Part shown: positions 1 through 11,156 of the stretch, in pieces
How positions within the stretch are numbered: the first letter of the stretch is position 1
Layout of the letters: every line of letters starts with the position of its first letter
Origin: Hyphomicrobiales bacterium
GTDB taxonomy: Bacteria > Pseudomonadota > Alphaproteobacteria > Rickettsiales > JACKKO01
Reading direction: 5' to 3'
Length of the DNA stretch: 64,000 bases
NCBI GenBank assembly: GCA_024236395.1
Contig: JACKKO010000001.1
Location: 384,921-448,920, forward strand
Position numbers and translations under genes: made by a program
The notes under the pieces: generated by a model
Databases searched by the model: none
What the model was told of the DNA's origin: nothing
Seen by the model: only the letters and a program-made list of their open reading frames with translations

Positions 1-504
1 ATGGGTACGCAATGCATAAAGCAGGCTTTCCTGGCCTGCAGCACTAAGGGAGAAATGTTCTAACACCTGTTCCAGACGTGTTAGTGTTTTCAGGCTATGT
101 TTCATGAAATTACGCAAGAAGCCGGGATTGCAGTATATAATTTCATGGTTCTTCCGGACGATCAGACAGAATTCGGTTCCGGCACGGATGGCATCGGCGA
201 AAAGGGCGTTCTGAAATTCATTGATGAGTACAGAACGATACACTTTATCCATGAATAGCGAGATACCGGCAATCAGCACCAGGAACACACAGCACACAGC
301 AGCGACGATCATCGGCAGAGAAAAATCATCCTGCTTTAGGCTGATCACCAGAATAGCCACAAATGCCACAACCGCCAGCAACACCAGCCGTGCGGAGCGC
401 GGTTCCAGCTGGCGCAGGACAAACGTTTCCTCCTCACGCGAGAGACTGGCGAAGTCTGCAAAACGTTTCTCGATGAGCGGCTGTTCCTGTTCGGGTGTTT
501 CCAT
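1..504 (-). CDS. Membrane-anchored PAS-like sensor protein, N-terminal 168 codons (gene runs off the left edge)
   Basis: My own reverse-strand translation from the ATG at 504-502 gives METPEQEQPLIEKRF..., then two hydrophobic segments (LVLLAVVAFVAILVI, IVAAVCCVFLVLIAGISL), then ...TEFCLIVRKNHEIIYCNPGF..., which is typical of a PAS N-terminus. The frame stays open to base 1. It is not in the ORF track because it is truncated. It starts 15 nt after the flhB stop. Confidence 0.5.
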   Translation of the reverse strand, partial: METPEQEQPLIEKRFADFASLSREEETFVLRQLEPRSARLVLLAVVAFVAILVISLKQDDFSLPMIVAAVCCVFLVLIAGISLFMDKVYRSVLINEFQNALFADAIRAGTEFCLIVRKNHEIIYCNPGFLRNFMKHSLKTLTRLEQVLEHFSLSAAGQESLLYALRTH

Positions 505-519
505 GCTTTGTGATATTCC

Positions 520-1599
520 CTAGGCGCGCTTTGTTTTCCCCTTAAGTTTATAAACGTAGCCGATCACCTGTGCAACGGCGCGGTAATGTTCCAGTGGGAT
601 TTCTTCATCAATTTCACAACTGGCATGTAGTGCCCGTGCCAGTGGTGGGTTTTCCACTACCGGTACGCCATGTTCTTCGGCGACGCTACGGATATTGAGG
701 GCGATCTGGTCCTGTCCTTTTGCAACGACCACCGGTGCCCGCATCGTATCTTCATCATATTGCAAGGCAACAGCAAAGTGGGTCGGGTTGGTGATAATGA
801 CGTCTGCATTTGGTACGGCTGCCATCATGCGCTTGCGAGCACGTTCACGACGTATGCTGCGCAGGCGCTCTTTGATAACAGGATCCCCTTCCGTTTGTTT
901 GAATTCCTCTTTCAGTTCCTGACGGGACATACGCAGATTCTTGTAATACTCGTACCGCTGGTACATGTAATCCAGTACCGCAATTACCGCCATGATAATC
1001 GAAGTAGCCAGTAGGATCCGGAATGCCAGGAATGCCAGTAAACCCAGAATATCATCCAGATCTTCCTGCGGCAGTTCCACCAGGTGAGGTAACTCAGGGT
1101 AAATCACCATAAAACCAACCACACCAACAATGATGATTTTGAGTAGGCCTTTAATAAAATCCATCAGCGCCCGTAGGGAAACCAGCCGTTTTAATCCTGC
1201 CAGCAGAGATATCCGATCCAGTTTAGGCATGATAGGGTCGGTGGTTACCAGCCAGCCATGCTGCAGGAGGGCAGCGACAATGCTCACGATTACGGTGCCA
1301 AGTACCGGCAGCAGAAGGATGAGTGCGCTTTTTGAAATAACACCCCACAAAATACGACCCAACCCACCGTCACTCATCAGCATATCATGGGGACTGGTAA
1401 TGAAAGGGGCAAGAAGCGTGGCGGTTTTTTTCATCAGGAACGGTGCCAGCCAGGATACCGTCATAAAAAGAAAGAAGAGGAGCAGGAAGCTGGTGACTTC
1501 GCGGGAATTAATTACGTTCCCTTTTTTCACCGCTTCCTGCAGCCTTCGGTCTGTAGGTTCCTCTGTTTTCTCGGAACTGTCTTGTAAATCGTCTGGCAT
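520..1599 (-). CDS. flhB: Flagellar type III export protein FlhB
   Basis: 359 aa. The N-terminus is SEKTEEPTDRRLQEAVKKGNV. There are four TM segments and a C-terminal NPTH autocleavage motif (ITNPTHFAVAL). Confidence 0.95.
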   Translation of the reverse strand: MPDDLQDSSEKTEEPTDRRLQEAVKKGNVINSREVTSFLLLFFLFMTVSWLAPFLMKKTATLLAPFITSPHDMLMSDGGLGRILWGVISKSALILLLPVLGTVIVSIVAALLQHGWLVTTDPIMPKLDRISLLAGLKRLVSLRALMDFIKGLLKIIIVGVVGFMVIYPELPHLVELPQEDLDDILGLLAFLAFRILLATSIIMAVIAVLDYMYQRYEYYKNLRMSRQELKEEFKQTEGDPVIKERLRSIRRERARKRMMAAVPNADVIITNPTHFAVALQYDEDTMRAPVVVAKGQDQIALNIRSVAEEHGVPVVENPPLARALHASCEIDEEIPLEHYRAVAQVIGYVYKLKGKTKRA

Positions 1600-1639
1600 G
1601 GTTTTGCGCTACCCTGCAAGCTATGTTATAGCAGTGGTC

Positions 1640-2272
1640 ATGACAGTGATAGCAAAATATACACCGGCCAGTATTGAACAGGCCATCGCATACCTGCAAC
1701 GTGGCGAGGTGGTGGCAGTACCAACAGAAACTGTCTACGGGTTAGTGGCAGATGCAACCTCTGAAGAAGCCGTTACGCATTTCTATAATGTGAAGGGCAG
1801 GGCAGCGGGAAAACCCTCGCAGATACTGGTATCAGGGCTGGAAGTTGCCGAAGCGATTGCAACATTTCCGGCAGGGGCGGCGGCACTGGCAAAATGCTTC
1901 TGGCCGGGGGCGTTGACGCTGGTGATTCCTGCAAAAGCCGGGAGCAAATTGGCGGAATCCGCGATGGCAGAAAATGGTACGATTGGCATTCGCGTCCCGG
2001 CACACGAGATACCGCTTGCGCTATTAAAGCGGTGGAGGCGTCCCGTGATTGCCTCCAGTGCCAACCGTGCCGGTGAACCGGTACTGGAGGGGGCGGGTGC
2101 CATTGCCCACGTATTTCAGGATACCGTTGGGCTGGTGATTGCCGATGAGGTGCAGCACACCACTGCACCGGCTTCGACGGTGGTGGATGCCACGGGGACG
2201 GTGCCGGTCATCCTGCGTCAGGGAGCCATTGATGCCGAGACGATCCGGAAGGTATGGAGTGCGGTATCGTAA
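1640..2272 (+). CDS. tsaC: L-threonylcarbamoyladenylate synthase (YrdC/TsaC/Sua5 family, YrdC domain only)
   Basis: This is the C-terminal 210 aa of ORF 1130..2272. It contains VAVPTETVYGLVADA, NVKGRAAGKPSQILV and RVPAHEIPLALL. I chose the ATG at 1640 because the upstream part of the ORF is antisense to flhB. Confidence 0.85.
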   Translation: MTVIAKYTPASIEQAIAYLQRGEVVAVPTETVYGLVADATSEEAVTHFYNVKGRAAGKPSQILVSGLEVAEAIATFPAGAAALAKCFWPGALTLVIPAKAGSKLAESAMAENGTIGIRVPAHEIPLALLKRWRRPVIASSANRAGEPVLEGAGAIAHVFQDTVGLVIADEVQHTTAPASTVVDATGTVPVILRQGAIDAETIRKVWSAVS

Positions 2273-2277
2273 TATTT

Positions 2278-3195
2278 CTAATACCTCAATAGATAATCCG
2301 AACAATGTTCTTCGTAAAATGCCTTAATCGTAGGGGCAGCCTTTGCATATTTTTCTAATAACATAACATATAATTTTTTTTGAAATTCATTAGGTGAGTC
2401 TGGTACATATCTGTCTTGTTCATAGGGGGCATATGCTCTAACAAGGCGTAATGTTTCATTTTGTAAGATGGGTATATTGCTTCTGTAGGATGAAGTACAT
2501 GTGAGGAGGTCATTTTTTATAAGATCATCAAGAAGTATCTGAATATTAAGCAATAACATCAGTGGGGCTATGCGCTCGGATTTGCTTTTTCTATTTATAA
2601 AGTGGTTAACATCAAGTGATTCATTTCGTAGCATTCTTGCAGTTTGGGAAGTAATTTCCCATATACGTTCTATTTTTTCTTCGGGTGTTTCGTGTAGTAG
2701 TTTTCGATGTGCAGTATATGTGAATAAATATTCCTTCATCATATGGATACGACTTACTTCGCTAACAGTACTCGATGCAAAGGAGGCAGAAGCAAGAGCA
2801 CTGTATTGATTGAGAATCGTATGGAGTGTTTCCGAGGTAACATTTTTTGAATAAAGATCATTATAATATCCCTGCCATAAGAGGCGTTCGCCATCATTTT
2901 CAGGAATTTTTTTTAAGGCACTTTGGTAGAAATGATATTGTAGTGGCTTCAATATATACATACCAATAGCATCACCTATGGATGAGCCAGTATATTTTTT
3001 CCTTACTCCGCCAAGAAAGTTAAACAGGATATATTCTTGTTTAACTTTATAAACAGAATCATATTCTTCCCAATATTCACCGCCTACCTCATACGCTATT
3101 CTGGTGAATACAATAGCTGAGAGTGCTGCATAGGTTGCGCTACCGGATACAAGTATGAAAAAAGAAAATAACAAAAATTCTTTTACTTTTTTCAT
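2278..3195 (-). CDS. Hypothetical secreted or membrane-anchored protein (orphan, AT-rich)
   Basis: 305-aa ORF with an N-terminal signal/anchor (MKKVKEFLLFSFFILVSGSATYA). I recognise no motifs. It is visibly AT-richer than the flanking tsaC and groEL. Confidence 0.55.
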   Translation of the reverse strand: MKKVKEFLLFSFFILVSGSATYAALSAIVFTRIAYEVGGEYWEEYDSVYKVKQEYILFNFLGGVRKKYTGSSIGDAIGMYILKPLQYHFYQSALKKIPENDGERLLWQGYYNDLYSKNVTSETLHTILNQYSALASASFASSTVSEVSRIHMMKEYLFTYTAHRKLLHETPEEKIERIWEITSQTARMLRNESLDVNHFINRKSKSERIAPLMLLLNIQILLDDLIKNDLLTCTSSYRSNIPILQNETLRLVRAYAPYEQDRYVPDSPNEFQKKLYVMLLEKYAKAAPTIKAFYEEHCSDYLLRY

Positions 3196-3308
3196 GATAT
3201 TAAAGACCCCAGTTATAGCGTCTGAGAAATGAAGCTTGATGACAGCATAATAATATATAGGGCTGCAACAACTCCTAATATCGCGGGTGTATCATGCATC
3301 CGCGATAT

Positions 3309-3342
3309 AAAAAGGCTGCGACGTTGCCATCGCAGCCTTTTT
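3309..3342 (-). terminator. Rho-independent terminator downstream of groEL
   Basis: Perfect inverted repeat aaaaaggctgcga / tcgcagccttttt with an 8-nt loop. On the minus strand the stem is followed by TTTTTAT. Confidence 0.75.
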
Positions 3343-3367
3343 GTGTGGAAAATATTTGGGGGTGGGA

Positions 3368-5038
<1,671 letters not shown>

Positions 5039-5070
5039 CTATTCTCCTGTTTATCAAATAATGAATGAAA

Positions 5071-5388
5071 TTAGGCAGCTTTCTTTTTGCCTTTGGCCTG
5101 ACCTTCGATCACACCAAGGATATCGGACTCCTTCAGGATCAGGAGCTCTTGGCCCTCTACCTTGATTTCCTGGCCACCCCATTTGCCAAACAACACAATA
5201 TCCCCGGCTTTGACATCCAGCGGGATTTGCTTGCCGTTTTCATCACGGGTACCTGGCCCAGTGGCAATCACTTCACCTTTGGTTGGTTTTTCCTTTGCCG
5301 TATCGGGGATGATAATGCCACCGGCGGTGCGCTCATCTTCCTCAATGCGACGTACCAGTACACGATCATGTAATGGTCTGATTTTCAT
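5071..5388 (-). CDS. groS: Co-chaperonin GroES
   Basis: The internal Met of ORF 5071..5475 gives [35 protein letters not shown]... (105 aa). It lies 35 nt upstream of groEL. Confidence 0.95.
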   Translation of the reverse strand: MKIRPLHDRVLVRRIEEDERTAGGIIIPDTAKEKPTKGEVIATGPGTRDENGKQIPLDVKAGDIVLFGKWGGQEIKVEGQELLILKESDILGVIEGQAKGKKKAA

Positions 5389-5446
5389 AAAGTATCTCCA
5401 CACAATTAAGGTTAATTTATAATCACTGCTTTCAGTAAGCTTGAAC

Positions 5447-5476
5447 AGATATAGTCTCCTTGTGTGGGGTTTCAAG
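5447..5476 (-). promoter_or_regulatory. Putative sigma-32 (RpoH) heat-shock promoter of groESL
   Basis: The minus strand reads CTTGAAA-N15-CTATATCT about 59 nt upstream of the groES ATG. The -35 element matches the RpoH consensus exactly; the -10 match is partial. Confidence 0.45.
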
Positions 5477-5502
5477 GGGAAGAAAGAGAATTTCTTAAAA
5501 AA

Positions 5503-5991
5503 TTAGCTGGCGTCGGTTTTTCTGGGACTGGCAGAGGAACCTTGAATACCCTCACCCCACTCATCCAGCAGGGTTTTCTGAAAATGCTGAAGTTTTCCTA
5601 TGGTATATTCTGCTTTAAGTACATAAAAAAGCAGGGCAATTTGCGGAAACAGAAACACCATACCCCAACCAAATGCGGAAAATCCATAGGGCATCAGCCA
5701 GGTGTATGGGTTAGTCAGCAGGGCCAGCGCGGTAGTATCCGGACTACCACTACGGAAAGCGGCAGCAATCTGGGGAGTCAGTCCGGAAAGATTAAACATG
5801 AATACGGTTTTGGAAGCAAATTTCCCTGGGCGCTTATCCACAATATATGAAATAATGCCCGGCAGCAGACCCATAACGATAAGCACAAAGACATAATAGA
5901 GACCCACAGAGGTCAGGGCTGCCGCAACCAGTGTCAGGATGAACACGATTACGACCAGGTTAAAGACTACCTTCTTTTTCCCCTGTTCCAT
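5503..5991 (-). CDS. Hypothetical integral membrane protein
   Basis: 162-aa ORF with about four hydrophobic helices. I recognise no family. Confidence 0.55.
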   Translation of the reverse strand: MEQGKKKVVFNLVVIVFILTLVAAALTSVGLYYVFVLIVMGLLPGIISYIVDKRPGKFASKTVFMFNLSGLTPQIAAAFRSGSPDTTALALLTNPYTWLMPYGFSAFGWGMVFLFPQIALLFYVLKAEYTIGKLQHFQKTLLDEWGEGIQGSSASPRKTDAS

Positions 5992-6066
5992 GAGTAGGTT
6001 ATAACAGATTTAACACCTTCCCGCTACTATTTCAGTCGCAGTGGTTTCCAGAGATATGAAATTGGC

Positions 6067-6095
6067 TTGCACAGAAGGGGTAAAACCACTATAAT
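6067..6095 (+). promoter_or_regulatory. Putative sigma-70 promoter of bfd
   Basis: TTGCAC-N17-TATAAT, read directly. The -10 element is 33 nt upstream of the bfd ATG. Confidence 0.5.
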
Positions 6096-6127
6096 GCGAA
6101 CGATTCTCATTATGAACCAGGGTGGTT

Positions 6128-6310
6128 ATGATTATTTGTCTGTGCAATGCACTGAAAGAGAAAGATATTAAGAATGTGGGTGCTGAAAATGCCTGTCATT
6201 CAGTATCGTCACTGTTTCGTGCACTGGATTGCAGCCCGTGTTGTGGTAAGTGCATTCCTGCGATGCGTACCTTTTGTCACCCTAAGACAGCCAGTACTCC
6301 GGCAAGCTAA
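6128..6310 (+). CDS. bfd: Bacterioferritin-associated ferredoxin (BFD-like [2Fe-2S] protein)
   Basis: MIICLCNALKEKDI...CSPCCGKC gives the CxC...CxxC cysteine pattern at the small size typical of Bfd. I prefer the ATG at 6128 to the GTG at 6122. Confidence 0.85.
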   Translation: MIICLCNALKEKDIKNVGAENACHSVSSLFRALDCSPCCGKCIPAMRTFCHPKTASTPAS

Positions 6311-6329
6311 ATAATTTCCTTCTGATGAA

Positions 6330-8009
6330 TTAGGCGGCCTTTAGGCGCTCCAGCAGATTCTGTAACGTCTGCTGCAGGGAGCTGGTGGTGCTTGAGAGGG
6401 ATTTACTGGTATCCAGCACGTTATTTGCGGATTCCCGCGTGCGTTCGATATGCTGGCTGACATCTCCGATACTGGTGGAAATGCGGGAATTCATATTGGC
6501 TGCCTGCTGGGCGCTGCTGGCAATGCCCTGTGTGGCCGCCTGCTGTTGTTCGACTGCGGCGGCAATGGCCGTCGTGATTTGTTCGGTATTCCGAATGGCA
6601 TCCCCAATTTTCTCAATGGCTTCCACGGTCTTTTTGGTGGTGCCCTGAATATTTCCGACCTGGCGTGCAATATCCTCAGTGGCGCGGCTGGTTTGTTCTG
6701 CCAGTGTTTTCACTTCCGATGCTACCACGGCAAAGCCCTTACCTGCTTCCCCCACACGGGCAGCCTCAATTGTGGCATTAAGTGCCAGCAGGTTAGTTTG
6801 CTCGGCAATATCGCGGATGATATTCACCACCTCTCCAATCTTACTGGCGGCATCACTGAGTTCATTAACGGCCATGCCGGCACCGTCTACTGTTTGTACT
6901 GCCCCCCGCGTCACGGTGGTAGACTGGCTGGCCTGACGTGCGATTTCAGCAATAGAATCCGATAATGATTCTACAGCACTGGCTACGGTGGAGACGCTAT
7001 CAGCGGCTTCACGGCAGGCAGCCGAAGCACTCCCGGTCTGGGCATTGGTATCCTGCACGACAGTACTGATACGCTCTGCTGCACGTAGTACATTGTTTTC
7101 ACTCGCGGTTAATGAAGACAGCAGACCATTAAGCTGTTGTTCCACATCGCGGGCAATATCCTGCAAGGGTCTGCTAGCGGATGCCTCGGCAACGGGTGTG
7201 GTGATAATGGTTTCCTCAATAACTTCCTTTATTTCCGTATGCACCGGCGTGGCGACCAGCCGTTGTTTTAGCGCCGTTAATACACTGCCTGCTTCCTGCA
7301 GAAGACCATAATTTCCGTCTTCTGGGATCCTCACTGTATCGGGTTCTTCTGCAAGACGATGCAAGGTATGTGCTAACATGGTAGCGGGCTGAGATACCAT
7401 GATACGTACCAATACCAGCAGTAATACAATCAATAAACCCAGAACCAGGAGTGATCCAAAGGAAATCCAGGTAATGTACCCTGTTTCATCAGCAACGAGT
7501 ACATTTGTCCGGTTTGCGTCTTGTTTGGTAGTATTCAGCAGGATCTGGAGTTGCTTTTCCATTGCATCTGCCCGCGCACGTGCTTGTTGTATCAGGTCAT
7601 AACTTTGCGAAGGCTCTCCGTCATAGAAACGTCGGGAAGCACGCTCAATTAATTCAGCAATATCCACAATGCGTAGCTCGGCCTGTGCTGCCTCATCAGG
7701 CAGGTAGTTTTTTAAATAACCCACTGCCTCCTCCAGCCGTTGACGCGTTGTGGTCAGTTGCTTTTCAGCCGTATCGTTATAGGTGGATGAGGCCTCGTTT
7801 GCCCACAACATGAATTCACCAAAGCGGGCATAGACACGTTGCAATGCTTCTAAAGTGCCAAGCCGAAACGTTTGCTGCTCCATTGCACGGGCGGCATTTT
7901 CTGCGGCACGGTCGATCAAAATATGTTGAGTGAGTGCTGTGATAAATACAATGGCCAGTAATCCCGTCAGCACGAATTTTGATGATAAAATTTGGCGAAC
8001 TCTTGCCAT
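6330..8009 (-). CDS. Methyl-accepting chemotaxis protein
   Basis: Contains the highly conserved signalling hairpin [38 protein letters not shown] and two TM segments flanking a periplasmic domain. Start taken at MARVRQIL; the ORF extends to 8054. Confidence 0.92.
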   Translation of the reverse strand: MARVRQILSSKFVLTGLLAIVFITALTQHILIDRAAENAARAMEQQTFRLGTLEALQRVYARFGEFMLWANEASSTYNDTAEKQLTTTRQRLEEAVGYLKNYLPDEAAQAELRIVDIAELIERASRRFYDGEPSQSYDLIQQARARADAMEKQLQILLNTTKQDANRTNVLVADETGYITWISFGSLLVLGLLIVLLLVLVRIMVSQPATMLAHTLHRLAEEPDTVRIPEDGNYGLLQEAGSVLTALKQRLVATPVHTEIKEVIEETIITTPVAEASASRPLQDIARDVEQQLNGLLSSLTASENNVLRAAERISTVVQDTNAQTGSASAACREAADSVSTVASAVESLSDSIAEIARQASQSTTVTRGAVQTVDGAGMAVNELSDAASKIGEVVNIIRDIAEQTNLLALNATIEAARVGEAGKGFAVVASEVKTLAEQTSRATEDIARQVGNIQGTTKKTVEAIEKIGDAIRNTEQITTAIAAAVEQQQAATQGIASSAQQAANMNSRISTSIGDVSQHIERTRESANNVLDTSKSLSSTTSSLQQTLQNLLERLKAA

Positions 8010-8274
8010 TAAACCACACACCTTTCCTATAATCCTCTTAGATATAATCAGCAATAATGACCTTGCATAGTGAATGATGCAACAACCAAAAACAGAGTTC
8101 TGGTTTGGTCATTGGATATGGTCATCGGGCAACAATCTATTCCTCATTTTGTATCTGTAAATAATGCGATGTTTGTCGGGGCGGCATGAAATTATGGCGT
8201 TATACAACTAGTTGTGATAGAAATAAGTAAACAAGCGAGAAAGAACCCCGGTGTGGGGAAGAAAGTGAGGGGTT

Positions 8275-8991
8275 ATGGTCAGAATACCCAAAGAAACCCA
8301 TCCCGTGGATGTTTATGTTGGTAACCGTCTACGAGCCCTCCGAAAAAAACACAAATTAAGTCAGGCCGCACTTGCAGGGATGGTCGGGCTGTCGCACCAG
8401 CAAATCCAGCAATATGAGATTGGTGCAAACCGCGTGGCAGCAAGCATGCTGTATGAATTTTCCCGGATCATGAATGCCCCAATTTCCTATTTTTACGAAG
8501 GCTTTTCGGAGGAATTGCTAACAGAAAATCAGGAAAAAGCGGATACACTTTCCATGCGCCGTACGGCACCCCTGAATATCCTGTTGGTTGAAGATGATGC
8601 GGCTGATGAAGTCTTATTACGCACGGCGCTGGAATCATGCTCCCATGCTAGCAATGTATATGCAGTTCATGATGGGGCGGAGGCACTGGATTTTCTACGT
8701 AGCAAACAGCACGCGCATATTTTTCCATCCCCGGATATTGTCATTATGGATTATAATATTCCCAAGATTAATGGGTTCTCCTTACTGAAGGAACTCAAGC
8801 AGGATCGACAGCTTCAGCATATCCCAGTAGTGATGTTTACGAATAGTCTTGATCCACAAGTGATGCGGGATGCCTACCAGGCACATGTCAGTGGGTTTTT
8901 TCTAAAGAGCTTTGATATCGAGGAATTTAACCGATATATTGAAGTGCTGGTGGATTATTGGCATACGACAATCTTACCGACTACGCCGTAG
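8275..8991 (+). CDS. XRE-family HTH fused to a C-terminal receiver (REC) domain
   Basis: The N-terminus (VGNRLRALRKKHKLSQAALAGMVGLSHQQIQQYEIGANR) is a Cro/C1-type HTH. The C-terminus (ILLVEDDAADE...IVIMDYNIPKINGF...VVMFTNS...GFFLKS) is a complete CheY-like receiver resembling Rcp1-type regulators. Confidence 0.8.
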   Translation: MVRIPKETHPVDVYVGNRLRALRKKHKLSQAALAGMVGLSHQQIQQYEIGANRVAASMLYEFSRIMNAPISYFYEGFSEELLTENQEKADTLSMRRTAPLNILLVEDDAADEVLLRTALESCSHASNVYAVHDGAEALDFLRSKQHAHIFPSPDIVIMDYNIPKINGFSLLKELKQDRQLQHIPVVMFTNSLDPQVMRDAYQAHVSGFFLKSFDIEEFNRYIEVLVDYWHTTILPTTP

Positions 8992-10825
8992 TCACTGGTA
9001 TTTTCTTGTCCGTATTTGTCTTTTTGGGATTTATTACCCGGTTATGGAGGGTGAAGTGGAATGTGGTGCCCTTTCCGGGTGAGGACTCCATCCAGATGCG
9101 TCCGCCATGGAGCACGACAGCATTGCGGCAGATCCCGAGGCCCAACCCATAACCCTCCGTATCGTGGCTGTTATTACCGCGGGAGAAAAATTCCATCACG
9201 GTTTTATGTTCTTCTTCCGGAATACCGCGACCATTATCGCGGATTGAGAATTGCCAGCCGTTCTCAAGGGTAATGGCAGAAATTGTGATCGTGGGGGGTT
9301 TATCCTCTGTACGGTAGCGAATGGCATTGCTAATCAGGTTCTGAAAAAGCTGGCGCAGATGGGTTTTGTCTCCCGGAACTATAGGCAGGGCACGGTAGGA
9401 GATAATCGCTCCGTTCTCACGAACCTGTTCGTGCAGACTTTCCAGAATAGTAGCAACCAGTTCTTCGCAGTTTACGCTGGTATAGGTGACGGAATGCAGG
9501 GAGGTTCGTGAAGAGGCCAGTAAGTCATGGATCAACAGCCGCATATCATTGGTGGATTTTACCATATGCCTGAGATAGAGTCGGCCATTGCTATCCAGTT
9601 GTTGGCTGTATTTCTTCTGTAATAGCTGGGCAAACGAGCCCATGGTGCGTAGTGGTTCCCTCAGATCATGTGAAACAACAAAGGCAAATCGTTCCAGTGC
9701 ACTGTTGGAGAGGGTCAGATCATGAATGGTGTTCTCCAAAGCATGTTCCGCTGTTTTTAGCTCACTGATATCCATGATATAGCCTTCCAGGGCTACCAGC
9801 GTGTCATTGTCGTCATACACCCCGGCGCCTTGTTCCCACACCCATTTGACGCTACCGTCCCTATTGCGGATACAATAGGTGATTTCAAAAGGAATATGAT
9901 TGTTTACAGCCTCTTGTACCTGTTCCCAAACCTTTTCCCGGAATGCTGGTAGGATCAGGTCATTATAATGGAGTATACGCTCCTCGCCAAGGAACGCTTC
10001 TGGTGCATAGCCGGTCAGTACAGTGCAGCCGTTACTCATAAATTCCATGGTCCAGTCCCGGTCATTATTACAGCGATAGACCATCCCGGGTAAATTACCC
10101 ATCAGGGTGGTAAATTTCCGCTCATTTTCCCGAGCCAGTTGCTCAGCCTGTTTTGCAGCGGTCAGGTCATATACCATGCAGAAAAAACCGGCGATAATAC
10201 CGGCAGGATTACGATGCGGAATCAGGTGGGTACGCAGATACATTGGCGATGCGTTTCCATCCTGCCACCAATATTCATAGGAAACTTCCTGTCCTTTCCG
10301 TACCTGGCGTAGGTACGGAAGGGCCTTGCGGTAAGTGTCTCTACCGGCAATATCACGGATATGGGTACCAATAATCGTGTGTGCCGGCCGACAAAACAAT
10401 TCTTCATACCGTTTGTTGACAAGGATATAACGTAAGTCTGTGCCAATATATGAAACCAGTGCCGGGATATTATCCATCACCAGTTGCAATGTATCAGAGT
10501 GCTCGTTCAGACGATTCTGTGTGTGTTTTACCGTCATCAGCAGTATGGCAATGCCCCATAGCTCCGCGATATTCAGGAAGAAATCTGTATCAAACCGGTC
10601 TTCTGGGATGATGTGATGAAAATGCGATGTCAGGAGTAAGATGGTAGCGGTACCTACGAGCGGCAGTATCGCCCAGATACGGCGAAACCAGAAACCACAA
10701 ATAAGCATGGGGATATAAAAGACCTCACTGGCGGTGTGCCCAACAGATACATGTCTGTCTAATATAAAGGCCAGCGTAGCCAGGCATGAAGCAATGAAAA
10801 CCGCAATAAGCGTTCGTCTATCCAT
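8981..10825 (-). CDS. Membrane-bound PAS/PAC sensor histidine kinase
   Basis: 614 aa. It has an N-terminal multi-TM region, two PAS-like repeats, a HisKA H-box (FAFVVSHDLREPLRTM), and N/G boxes (LISNAIRY, DNGRGI, GYGLGLGICR). Confidence 0.9.
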   Translation of the reverse strand: MDRRTLIAVFIASCLATLAFILDRHVSVGHTASEVFYIPMLICGFWFRRIWAILPLVGTATILLLTSHFHHIIPEDRFDTDFFLNIAELWGIAILLMTVKHTQNRLNEHSDTLQLVMDNIPALVSYIGTDLRYILVNKRYEELFCRPAHTIIGTHIRDIAGRDTYRKALPYLRQVRKGQEVSYEYWWQDGNASPMYLRTHLIPHRNPAGIIAGFFCMVYDLTAAKQAEQLARENERKFTTLMGNLPGMVYRCNNDRDWTMEFMSNGCTVLTGYAPEAFLGEERILHYNDLILPAFREKVWEQVQEAVNNHIPFEITYCIRNRDGSVKWVWEQGAGVYDDNDTLVALEGYIMDISELKTAEHALENTIHDLTLSNSALERFAFVVSHDLREPLRTMGSFAQLLQKKYSQQLDSNGRLYLRHMVKSTNDMRLLIHDLLASSRTSLHSVTYTSVNCEELVATILESLHEQVRENGAIISYRALPIVPGDKTHLRQLFQNLISNAIRYRTEDKPPTITISAITLENGWQFSIRDNGRGIPEEEHKTVMEFFSRGNNSHDTEGYGLGLGICRNAVVLHGGRIWMESSPGKGTTFHFTLHNRVINPKKTNTDKKIPVTTA

Positions 10826-11156
10826 TTTCTGCCAACTATTTATCCTGATAGTTTAAAGCATGACAAAGCAAAAAAATAAAGAACATTTTCATTAAATTCG
10901 TATTAAATTTGATTAATATACTGAAAAATAAGAATATATTGACATTGAAATTTATGGAGGGTAAAACAATTGCACCGCGAAATATTTGATAGATTTCGCT
11001 TGTGGGATGTAACAGGAGGGAGAACAGAATATGAAAAATATTGGAAAAACGTAGTCCGTTATACTTGCCAAAACTTTCCGGCTTGCAAGTTGAAAATTTT
11101 GGCAGGGTCTGGTTATAGTTAATCATCAAAACAGTTTGAAAAAACGGAGAAAAATC

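Noticed and set aside
221-523. 100-aa plus-strand ORF at the left edge
   Set aside because: The opposite strand carries a better-supported gene: an RBS-proximal ATG at 504, TM helices and a PAS-like segment, positioned directly after flhB.
1130-1639. N-terminal 170 codons of the 380-aa ORF 1130..2272
   Set aside because: This part is antisense to flhB and lacks YrdC similarity. The real tsaC start is the ATG at 1640.
5389-5446. CIRCE/HrcA operator in the groES leader
   Set aside because: No TTAGCACTC-N9-GAGTGCTAA-like inverted repeat is present.
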